A stretch of DNA of 64,000 nucleotides from Balanoglossus misakiensis (lineage: Eukaryota > Animalia > Hemichordata): assembly GCA_040954595.2 (NCBI GenBank), contig CM082584.2, positions 4,592,110 to 4,656,109 on the forward strand. Reading direction: 5' to 3'. Shown in pieces: positions 11,994-22,700 of the stretch. How positions within the stretch are numbered: the stretch's first letter is position 1; each line of letters opens with the position of its first letter. A model generated the notes under the pieces. The model saw nothing but the letters and a program-made list of their open reading frames with translations. It did no database searches and was not told where the DNA came from. The translations under genes and the position numbers were made by a program.

Positions 11994-14900
11994 TTTGCTG
12001 TTCTGTTTTTGTAGAGGTGGACATCTGAGAATAGAACAGCAAAGAACCAGCAAATATAAAGATCGACTAATTCACTAATCTTCTGCAAAGAATACATGGG
12101 TAAATGTGAGCATTCCGTTCCTGCTGTATTTCTCCCAGTAAGGCTTGAACTGTTCAGTCAAGGGCCCACTCACATCTGTGGAAAAAAATATATGAAATTT
12201 GGCAGCTATAGGGGCTTTAAAGTCATATGTGATTATTTATAGTCTTTGCAATGACAAACTGTCAGCTTTGTGAGGACACTGCATGTTTGCTTTCAGTATT
12301 ATAGTCCAAATGGAAAAAAATGGTTTGTAATAATACATTAAATGTTGGTTTTTGTCCAGACATGTAATTAAACTTTATGAGTGAAATGTCAGAGAATTTT
12401 ACCAGAGATTTAAATAAACAGTGATTGTGAAAGGATCAGTAAGAATGTTTTGTTGGAGCTTTCTTCACAGTTGGGTCCAAAGTGTTTAATGCTTTTGCAA
12501 TTCTTATCAAATAGTACAGAGAATGATGAAGTGGCTGTTATAAAAAAGATACGCACACCAGAACATAAATATTACGGTAATCATTTATTGGAAACCTTCT
12601 ATCAGCATACAAACAGTAGACTGTAACCTCATTTTGAGAACATGTCAAGTTTTTTTATTTGTACGCTGATCAAGTAATCTCTTGTCACAGACATGTTGGA
12701 ATGAAAACTTAAAGCTTCAATCGCTGTAACTTTTCGCTATGTTTTCAGTATTTTTGTTTGTACCTACTGCAGTTTCTTGTTCATATTCCTGAAACATGAA
12801 ATACCTAGTATTTATATAGTCATCATTGTTGTTGTACAAAATTTGAATTCAAGTTCGGACTAGAATCCATTTGTTAACTATATAAGCAATAGCCATTACA
12901 CACATTCAGGCTATGTTGATAAGCATAGTACTGAGTACATGGCAAGCTGTTTTGAGTAGAGAACGAAACTGCATTATACATGTACACAGAACAAAACTAC
13001 TGGCAATAAAGCCAAAAGTTAAAACATACACACATCGTTTGAAACACACAGCAAAAATGCACAACTTCAAAAGTAATACTGTTGACTTAAAACATTCACA
13101 TAAATTTCAAAAGTATTACTGTCGACAAAACATTCACATAATACTGCAAGAAACCTCAAATAAGGAAATAATGCTATTGTCAATCCAAGATTGCTCACAA
13201 AGTTATTTGTCAAAATGGACGCTATGCTATGATTTCCTATTTGGAGGACGGCATCTGTAAATATAACAGTTGAATTTCGAGTTATAGACATGCTGGTATG
13301 TTGAATGAAAACTTTCGAGTATGGCATGAAGCAAACACAAGCCATGAAAACATATAAACACACATAACATAAATGTTAAATTTCACTCTTGTAATAAAAA
13401 CACATTTCGGATATCAATTACATAATTTTCAAAAGAAATTTTGCATGATAATTTGTCTTGCCAGTTCTGACACATTAAAATAATTCTAAAAAATCATAAA
13501 CTTCTCATCACATACTAGTAAACCAAAAGAGCACAGGAAAGATGACATCTTTCACACTTTCTTCTAAAAAGTACTGTGAAATTTGTTTTAAAAACAAACC
13601 AAGTCATTTGTTAACAAGTTTTCAATATGGAGGATGGCATCTGTAAATATAACTGGAGATTGAGCCATTAATCTCTTGCCATAGACAAAGTAGAATGTCC
13701 AAAAAACATGACGAAAATGGCTAGAAGACAACATCAGCCATGTAGACATATAAAACACACACAACAAAAATGCCCAATCTCACACTGTAAATAATGAAAC
13801 ACTACAAAAAAGCTTTAAGGTTGATGTACATGTAGTATGCAGCTTTGGGGACAGTTTTCAGAAAAATGATAGTCGTCCTAACCTGTGAAGAGTCTTTTTG
13901 AAATAAAGAAGAAATCTGTGTGTTCACCGTCTTGTTTAATGTAATCACTACATTAAAGTTTCTCCCTGGACTTAACACTGGCGTCCATTTTGAATTTCAT
14001 ATTTGAGACAATTTGACAAATTTTTGCTCTTTCATACCAAATTTTCACGGTTATCCACAATTCTTAATCTCAATTTTTAAAGAGAAAATAATCTAAACTT
14101 GCCTTGAGCAAAATATGAGAGAAAGTTACAGACTGAATTTCATTGAAGTCGCAAGGAACTCCTACTTCACAAGGTACACATAATACTGCAAAAATAATAC
14201 ACGACATATCAAAGAAGAAATACTGCTGTCATGATAATTCTGTAAAATCAGAATTTTGTGAAATCGTGTACATTTGTACTATTTTCAGACTGAAAACAAT
14301 GCAGGTTTGACAAGGTAAATGTATGCCAAACATTCAAACATATCTTGCTGACACTATATCCACACACACACACACACAAAAAAAAAAACTTCATAAAAAA
14401 TTAATACTGAACAGCATTCAAATGTGGAATGTTAAAAAGAATGTGAGAAAAGTATCTTAAAAAATTTTACATCACTTTTTAAATATAAATTCTTTGTTAG
14501 TTTTATAATCTCTTTTAAAATATAAATTCTCTGTTAGCTTGGGCAAACATATCTTTTTTACACATAAATTATTTGTTTAATAGCGTGTGCAAATGTAAAA
14601 TCATGGTTGTACTCCAGAAATCAAAGGAAAAGCTTTCCTCAGACAGTTGCACTTGGCAAGTAAGTAAGGCCTGGGATTTGACAGCAACACACATTTAATT
14701 TTGTAAAATACAGCAAAATAAATAATTTAAAAATTGTACAAAATAAGCACATACATGTAAATATATCACACATTTGGTAATAATTATGCCATAATGCTAA
14801 AAAAAAATCAATTTCCACTCCATCTCCTGGTATATTGTAATGCCAAACTAAAAATGTCAAATGGTTCTGCCCTAGGATGTCCAATTTGATATTAATCCTC

Positions 14901-15457
14901 TTTTGGCCAAAAGGAAGCACTCTTTCACTGTTCAAGCCCCACTAGCTGCTGATTTTGAATTATTTTCATGACTTTACTTTCAAATTTTGAACTTTTCATT
15001 TAAGTGAGTTATCTTAGGGGTATATGCAAACATATTATCAACCCCTGATTGTGGCTGTACATTTAAGTATGAATAAGTTCAATAATAAACTGGTGTTGCA
15101 CCCGCTTATTCAGCCGATGCAAGAGTACACAACTATCGTGGTATGCACACACAGGAATTATATCTCTACAGATTAAGAAAAACTCTCTGTCCACTTAGGA
15201 TAAGGAGACATTTGCAGTATTTCATTTTAATATGCTACAAGTGCAGTCTTTTGCTAATTACAACCTTGCATTGCAATCCATCAGTGTAATATTACAAGCA
15301 AATACAAGGTGGCATCAATACAGTTAAAGAGTAGCATTTCTTTCATGTACTTATACCAGTATCTACATGTACAAGTCAGCCAAAAGAGGATTAGCCTCTC
15401 ACAGTATTGTTCATCACCACAAGAGAAGTAAGCTCTCCTCCAACAAAAGTTATGGTT

Positions 15458-17737
15458 TCAAACTTTCACCTTGATCAGAAGATTTTTCTTCATGAGCTGT
15501 CTACCGACATTAGAAATCTCTTGACCACCACCACTATAATATTCATTATGCACTTCACATTTGAGTAGTGTACAACAACTCTCTACTGTGCAAAGTAAAT
15601 CATCCCGACTCAAGATACAGTCAGAATCTACCGTGATGCCGATTTCTCGCATTTCTTGGCAGCATTCAAGGATCTGACTGACCCCCACATCAGATATCTG
15701 CAGAGTACCCCATACGATGGCGCTTTTCAGCCTTGGACAACACTTGGATAATTTCACCAAAGTGAGGTCGGATATATCGGATGGCGAACACTGCCAACAA
15801 GACAAATTAATCGATTCTAAGTACGGCCATCTTGGAATCACCTGACAGACTCCCGAGTCGCTGATCAGAGGCAGTTCCTTCAAATAGAGGCATTTCAGAT
15901 AATGACAGTGATCTCCAATCTGGTACAGAGTGGCGTCTGTCACTCGAGAACAATGACTGAGGTCTAAAGACTGCAGTTGCATGGGGAAGTGTCTGGATGC
16001 ATACTCTAACTGATGAACAACTATCGGCTCGAAACCCCGGCCTGCTTCTTGTACTTCACCACAAATCGCCGATGAACCATACTCATCGGAATTTATTTGA
16101 GCTGTAGCTCCACATCCCTCTTGCCTGTTCCATTCTTTCATTTCTACTATTATACTCGACTGATCAATGAAACCAGAAGTGACATTTTGATCATCGTCTT
16201 CTAAATCATCCCCTGTTGCCCCATGTATACATGAGACATGTCCTGTCAGGTCTGGGTAACAACACGGTGGCTTGCTAATTTTGTAGCCATTTTCCATAAC
16301 TACTTCATCATCATGTTTTTCCTTCACATCTTCTTGCCCCTCATAATCACTATCCTCCTCCTCCTCATAATCACCATCCTCCCCCTCCACATAATCACCA
16401 TCTTCCCCCTCCTCATAATCACCACCCTCACCCTCCTCATAATCACCCTCCTCCTCATCATCAAAAGCAAAACAGGCCCTCTCTAAATCCATCCCCCCAT
16501 CCCTGCTCTGGGCTCTTTCACTTCCACTGACTGAAGCGACAGCGCCCTCTATATTGACTTCAGCAAATCTTTCATCTAAACACACCTCTCGGACAGAGAT
16601 ACACTTCTGAGCGTCAAGGTGAAGAAGTCGCAAACAGCTGTGCAGCACAGCGTTCAAGCCAGCGGAGGAAGTTTGGGGTGTGTTTCTCACTTCCAAATGC
16701 TGTAACAGTAAACAGTGCTTGGCAAGCGTTAGCAGACTTGTGTCCGTAATTCTGGAGCAATTACTGATGTTAAGATGTCTCAACTTCTTGCAGTGGGAAG
16801 CTACAGCCACGACCCCTGCATCAGAAATGCGCTGACATGCATGTAGATGCTCAGCACTATGGATATCCAGGTATTCTAACCGTTCACAGTGCATTGCTAT
16901 GCTCAGTAAGCTAGCATCAGTTGTCTTCTGTACGTTTGTGGCTGATATGTTCAAGTGAGTCAGGAGAGGACAGGTCTCTGCTAGAGAGACGACGGCCTCG
17001 TCTGTGATGCCACAGTTTGCCAGTGAAATATACTTCAAATTGGCCAGCTTCTTTCTGGGCTTCACAACACAATCGCTCGTCAAAGAGGTGCACTGATCTA
17101 GTTTTAAAGATCGTAACTTTGGACATTTTGTTACAAATTCAACAACCGTGTCATTCGACAGAAATGCCGAATTCCTTCCGTCGAAAAATTCCAAATATGG
17201 ACACCGACCGGCGACCTCTCTCAGACTCTGATTACAGTATTCCATGCTCCTAACTGTTGTGTAGAAAGTATCTACTCGAACATGAAGTTTGACCAGGTCT
17301 GAGAATTGTCGAAAAATTCTCAAAGAGAGCTTACGACACCCCAAAATATTCAAGTGCTGCAGCTTTGGGCATTTGGTGATGATTTCAGTCAGGGCTTTAT
17401 CACTGATATTGGTGAACGCAACATTTAATGACATCAAGTGTGGACAGTTGTCGGCAATGAACAAGAAACTGACATCGGTCAACATGGTACAACTCAATAC
17501 ATTAATCTTATGAATCTTGCTACAGTTGTTCTTCAACAACGTTAACAAAATGCTGTCAGTGACAATTTTCATCCTGTCGTTATTTTGAGCAAGTTTGATA
17601 GTTGTCCACAGAGTAAAGTCATGACTCAGTTTGTACCAATGCTTACAAATTAAACGCACCCGACAGCAGACGTCTTCGTAGGAGAGTTTCTGAAAGATCT
17701 CCAAAAGTAGGTGGTCCCCGAGAGATGAGATATGCAT
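15458..17737 (-). CDS. F-box/leucine-rich-repeat protein (FBXL family), single coding exon, with a long acidic insertion inside the LRR array
   Basis: Uninterrupted ORF. The first ATG is at 17737 in a CCCACCATG context, with an in-frame TGA upstream at 17765-17767. N-terminal F-box (SLGDHLLLEIFQKLSYEDVCCRVRLICKHW), then many cysteine-containing LRRs (e.g. LRHLNISNCSRITDTSL, LQSLDLSHCSRVTDATL). A 5'UTR acceptor lies near 17852. Confidence 0.9.
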   Translation of the reverse strand: MHISSLGDHLLLEIFQKLSYEDVCCRVRLICKHWYKLSHDFTLWTTIKLAQNNDRMKIVTDSILLTLLKNNCSKIHKINVLSCTMLTDVSFLFIADNCPHLMSLNVAFTNISDKALTEIITKCPKLQHLNILGCRKLSLRIFRQFSDLVKLHVRVDTFYTTVRSMEYCNQSLREVAGRCPYLEFFDGRNSAFLSNDTVVEFVTKCPKLRSLKLDQCTSLTSDCVVKPRKKLANLKYISLANCGITDEAVVSLAETCPLLTHLNISATNVQKTTDASLLSIAMHCERLEYLDIHSAEHLHACQRISDAGVVAVASHCKKLRHLNISNCSRITDTSLLTLAKHCLLLQHLEVRNTPQTSSAGLNAVLHSCLRLLHLDAQKCISVREVCLDERFAEVNIEGAVASVSGSERAQSRDGGMDLERACFAFDDEEEGDYEEGEGGDYEEGEDGDYVEGEDGDYEEEEDSDYEGQEDVKEKHDDEVVMENGYKISKPPCCYPDLTGHVSCIHGATGDDLEDDDQNVTSGFIDQSSIIVEMKEWNRQEGCGATAQINSDEYGSSAICGEVQEAGRGFEPIVVHQLEYASRHFPMQLQSLDLSHCSRVTDATLYQIGDHCHYLKCLYLKELPLISDSGVCQVIPRWPYLESINLSCWQCSPSDISDLTLVKLSKCCPRLKSAIVWGTLQISDVGVSQILECCQEMREIGITVDSDCILSRDDLLCTVESCCTLLKCEVHNEYYSGGGQEISNVGRQLMKKNLLIKVKV
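16337..16460 (-). repeat. 24-bp coding tandem repeat (about 5 units, GDYEEGED-like)
   Basis: CATAATCAC recurs every 24 nt; protein EEEGDYEEGEGGDYEEGEDGDYVEGEDGDYEEEEDSDYEG. Confidence 0.9.
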
Positions 17738-18172
17738 GGTGGGCTTCAAGATGGCTGCAACAACTCACCAGATCTTCTACCTGTTGCAACTTCAGATCAT
17801 CAAATCACACACAGTGTTGACATCTGATGAATTTTGCATCACTGTATAGCAGCTGAAAAATGAAGAAACAACACAGATGATATGAAATTTGGCCACGTAC
17901 AAGTGACCATGTATATAATCAGATTTATCAAGTCATAGAAAAATTGATGGATCTTGTCGGTAGCAAAATATTGGTAATTTTTATTACTATAGTCAAAAAT
18001 GACTGAAAGTTTTATTTGAATATTTTATCATATATCAAATATTCATCTTTGATATCATATATCATATACAAAATTAGGTAATGGTGTTGATTTGTGATAT
18101 CTGGCGTGTATATTGTTGTTTATACTGTATAAAAATTAGCATTTAATTGGCATGACCCACACAGTACTATCC

Positions 18173-18463
18173 TAAGGGAGCAGTCATTATTTACAGCCAG
18201 GGGGTGGGAGAGGAATCAGAGGAAGAAGTCACTCTTTTTGGAACAAGTTCAAGTTTTGGTAATTTCTTGATAAACACAAAATTGCAGAAATAAAGTTTTG
18301 ATATAACATAAATAAAATAAAATCCCAAAAATTGTTAAAGGGGGAGGGGGGGTACTCAGATTCTGCATGCTTGCTGGGGGGGGGGGGGTACTCAGAATTT
18401 TTGAGTTTCTAGTGAAATTCCTCCACATACCCCCACCGTAACTAAATAATGATGGCTCCCTAA
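18173..18463. mobile_element. PIF/Harbinger-like MITE (TAA TSD)
   Basis: TAA-GGGAGCAGTCATTATTTA...TAAATAATGATGGCTCCC-TAA. Confidence 0.7.
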
Positions 18464-19372
18464 TCCGGCAATAATCTGTAGTAAATTTTCATCAAAATTG
18501 TCATAGTATAATGTTTATTACCTGTGTTCCAAATTTGATTGGGAGTTGTTTACAAAATGTAGCAGGTGTTGTTTAGGAAGCATCACCTGAACTTCACAAT
18601 GTGACTTTTCTGTTAATATGAATTAACGCATCATCAGCATTGTTCCTACTGTTCAGGGAGACAAGCCTGCAAACTAACATAGAAAATTGTACATAAGATA
18701 AAAGAAGCAACAACATGTTTTCAATTGTAGCAGTTACACTTTCGTTGCCACTACATTAACTTACTAGCTAAAGCAACTGTGCTGTATGGGACCCATATCC
18801 ACAGCCACAGACAGGGTGACTCAGCGCAAAATATATTTGGAGTTTGGCATTTTAAGTTAACTTCAAGGTTTTTGCAATTAAGAAATGAGTGAGGGTCAAG
18901 TCCGTCTAGATCACCCCACCAAGTCTTTATCCAAACTCAGATTCTATGAAGGGGAATAAAAACAAAAGATTTAAATACATTGTACACATGGTGTATGTAG
19001 TATTGTTGCTGTGAACTTTGACCTCAAGTCTGCCAGGTGGGAAAAATCACTCTATTATTAGATTCCACGGGGACTTTGTGTAAAATAAAATCCGCAGCAC
19101 CTTAATTCACTCTTGTTAGATCCCCAATATCGAAAGTCTAAACCAATAAACGATTATTTAATTCATAGCCCAACAACGTGGAGAGAGGCCAAAAATACAT
19201 GGATCTGAGTTTGACAGGAGCTCAACGTTTACGCACTGACAAACACTGAAACTGGGGCTGTTATCAATATTTGTATCACACATTGCACACACGCAAACAC
19301 ACACACGTGCACAGACTGACCGACGTTCTTCGCATATGTGACAAATGCATTATTATTATATCTGTGAAATAC

Positions 19373-19777
19373 CTTCGATTCGACAGTTCATTGTTGTGTG
19401 ACTTGCCTCCCCCTCAAGTTTTTTATGGTGATGACTCCCGGAAGTTTTGGAGGCTCTTTAACCATATTACTGTAATATTATATGGCAGCCTTTACCTATA
19501 TGTATCGTTCACCTTGTTCTGAACATAATTTAATTCTGAGTAAGGACTGTCATTGACCATCGCAATGTATGATGATAATTTTCCTCTTCATGGCGATGAA
19601 TTTATGATCCATCTTCCCTGTCGCCGATAGAACGTGATGCTCATCTTTTTCTCTTCCCATTTCCCGTCAACTTATGGCGTCCATCTTGTCAGTGACTTGT
19701 ATCAAAGCAATGGTGGCAAACTTCAACATGTGTGCGATGTGATGAGAAAAATATAGCGTACTAGGACTGATACAACT
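19373..19777. promoter_or_regulatory. Probable bidirectional promoter of the F-box/LRR gene and REXO1
   Basis: The two genes diverge from this region. ETS/GABP core CCGGAAGT at 19438-19445; YY1-like ATGGCG and CCATCTT near 19674-19687; locally more CpG; possible minus-strand donor at 19372 for a non-coding FBXL first exon. Confidence 0.45.
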
Positions 19778-22700
19778 ATGCTGCCGACATTAGGCTATTT
19801 TCGAGGGACAGACTGTCCGTTCTTTGCGAACGGTCTTTGTCAGCGTCCGTACTGTCATTTTCGCCATGTGAAAAAAGGTACATATCGGCGTATGAGAAAT
19901 ATTAGAGTGTACAGTACATGTATGTACACACTTCACAACAATGTGGTGCATGCAGTTCAGTAGATCGATGTTTTGTATGTTCAGTTGTTGGTTTTCGGAG
20001 TTAGACGTAAAACTCACACACAATAACAGACAAAACCTCGGGCTACTGAACTGCAGCCAGCTGGGGGTATTTGTTAGCGTGTTACACTTATTTTGATAGC
20101 AGATTATAGAGTCAGTTTGTCAACCTTTGGAAACTTTGAGTTTAAAGGTATATGGTCGGTCACAGGCCTATGCAAATATAGCCAGAGTTACCATGGCAAA
20201 CTGAGATCTAGCTATTCACAGATTTTCAGTAGGTGGCACACGTGAAAAAAAGAGCGCCACCATATGTTCTTTAGAACACTCAAATATGCCGTTTCTGCCA
20301 TATATGGGCGTATGTAAATTGGAGGTTTCCGTATATCTCTAACATTTAACATTTTTGTCTAGAGGGGGGATAGTGTTGCTGTTGCTAAATTTGAGTCGTG
20401 GATGATAATTGCCCATGGCACAGTTTCCACCGAGATCTACCAATCATGAAGGAATACAATAATTTGGTAATTCAAGTGCTACATACAAACAAATTGGCTT
20501 GATGAAGTTTCTTGGTTTTCTGTTGGGATTTAACATACCACATTTATATAAACATACCACATTTACAAGCATGTTCTAGTGTGCACAATAAAAAAACGAA
20601 GTTCGAGCAAAAAACATAGCAATTTTCTCAATTACAGACAAGTCTCTTGATACATTAACCTTGAGACAGTAATAAATTTGACAATGTGTTGCTATGGTTT
20701 CTCCAAGCTTTGTTACTCACCTGCACAACATACTGTCGATTAGTTTCAGATGGACAACTCACAAGTAACATCCTACTGGATGTGTTTGGAGAAGACCCCA
20801 CAGCCACGGCCCCAGAAAGCAGTGAGAAGAAAAAGCAACAGCCACCACCAAGCCGTGAAGTAACGACAACAACTCCTGAACCCCAAAACAAGTTTACGTA
20901 CGTGCCAACGCCTTTAGCAGAGTGCAATCAAGACATCCCCGAGTATGATCCAACTGAGCCTACATCAGCGTCAAAGGAAACCTTCAAATACTCACACGAC
21001 GGGAAGGAGTCCACACCAAAGACTGCCACAGACAGTAACTCTACACCGTTTGTTAAAGTTCCAGAATACACACCATCACCACTTTCCAACAAAGAGGCAA
21101 AAACTGTCCATACATACAGTATATCAAAAACAACGAATACAACTGATATGGAGTATGATCCGATGTCCAATTACAGTACACAACCGAAATCTAAGAAAAG
21201 AAAAGTCGCAGCTGATATGGTATTCAAGGTAACGGAGGAAGCAAAGTTTTCAGATGATGATGATGATGGTGTTAACCTGATAGAAGACAGAAACTCCACA
21301 TGTCCAATTAATCTGCCAATGAAAGCAACTAAAGAAAGAGAAGTGATCTCTGAAACAACTAAATCTAAATCTGAGAAAGTTGCAACGTCCGCCCACAGTG
21401 CACCCAGATCTGACTCAAAGTCGTCCAAGCAAATCAAAACTAGTAAAGACAGCGGAAAAGGAATTTCAAGCAAAGACAAACCCAGGAAGGACAGACCATC
21501 GCAGAAAGCGGCTGAGATTTCTGTTGGTGGAGGTGTGTTGAAAGAGAGGAAGGCTGACAAGGGCAAAACCAAGGAAAGAAAAGATGTAAAGTCGATAACA
21601 GGAAAAAGTGAGGATGGAGGAAAAGATGGGAAATCACAGCAGAGTAAAATAAAATCAAGTCCGAAGAAGACAAAATCCATTTCAGGGAAAGACAGTGACA
21701 AAATGTCGGATAAAAAGACTGATCGGATTATCAAGACAACACTTAAAAAAACGGACTCGTCTTCACAAGTGTCTGCAATAAGTAATAAACATGACCTGAA
21801 AACCAATTCTGGAAAAGCTTTTTCTGAATTCTCCAAAGAGGAATTATTTGGCTCTTCCCTGTCGAGTGATGACGATGATGACCAAATAGAAACGATTCGT
21901 CGCAAAGTTAGAAAGAAAAGAAATAGAAGTGTTTCCTGTTCTCGAGAGACTGTGACTCCACTAAGTAAAAAGAAAAAGGCACCCAAACCTGTTGTTTCTT
22001 CTGTTCAAAATGCGGATAAGGAGAAGGTGAATAACTACAAGAAAGACGATGGAAAACCAAAGAAGAAAGACAAGAAACCAGCTCAGGATGCGTCCACCAC
22101 CAAGTCGGGTCAAAATGAAAAGCACAAAACTAAAAAACCCCAAATGCAAAAACAGCATGATGACGTGGTTCTGGTAATTGATGAAAGTGCCAGTGCCAGT
22201 GACAGTGCAGTTGAGATCGCAAAGAAGAAGACCAAAAGAAATGCTAGTAGAAAACAAGAAGATTGTATTGTCATATCGAGTGATAGTGAACCTTTTCCAG
22301 GGTTGATCAACGACAGCGACTTGGAGGCGTTGTCTCAACACGATACTTACGAAGAATGCCTGGCCATATTTACAGACATGACAGAGTGTGCAGGGCAAAC
22401 GGGGAATGTGAAAACTAATCAAAAGGTATTCTTTGTTTATTTTTTGCGTCTGTTGGAAAAGATTGTTCATTTAGTATTGCATTTTTTTGTGAGAAATGAA
22501 AAAATCATTTTCTAGCTTTCAAATGTCTAGAATTTCTTGTCCGTTTATTTTGAATTTTACCAAGCTATAAATTCTGAGGATAGTCTCAGTCAGAAATTGT
22601 TCTAAGTCAAAACAAAACAACCTATAAATCGTTGGTCCTTCTGTTCATATCCATATCTTAGTTTGTATTGGAGATATAACTGATATACGTATACTACAGT

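Noticed and set aside
11628-12014. 128-aa ORF and similar ORFs at 23652 and 40-228
   Set aside because: They read through family A MITEs and show no transposase motifs.
21171-22470. Long antisense ORFs (271 aa, 169 aa) opposite REXO1 exon 2
   Set aside because: Shadow ORFs of a Lys/Ser/Asp-rich low-complexity exon; no recognisable domain.
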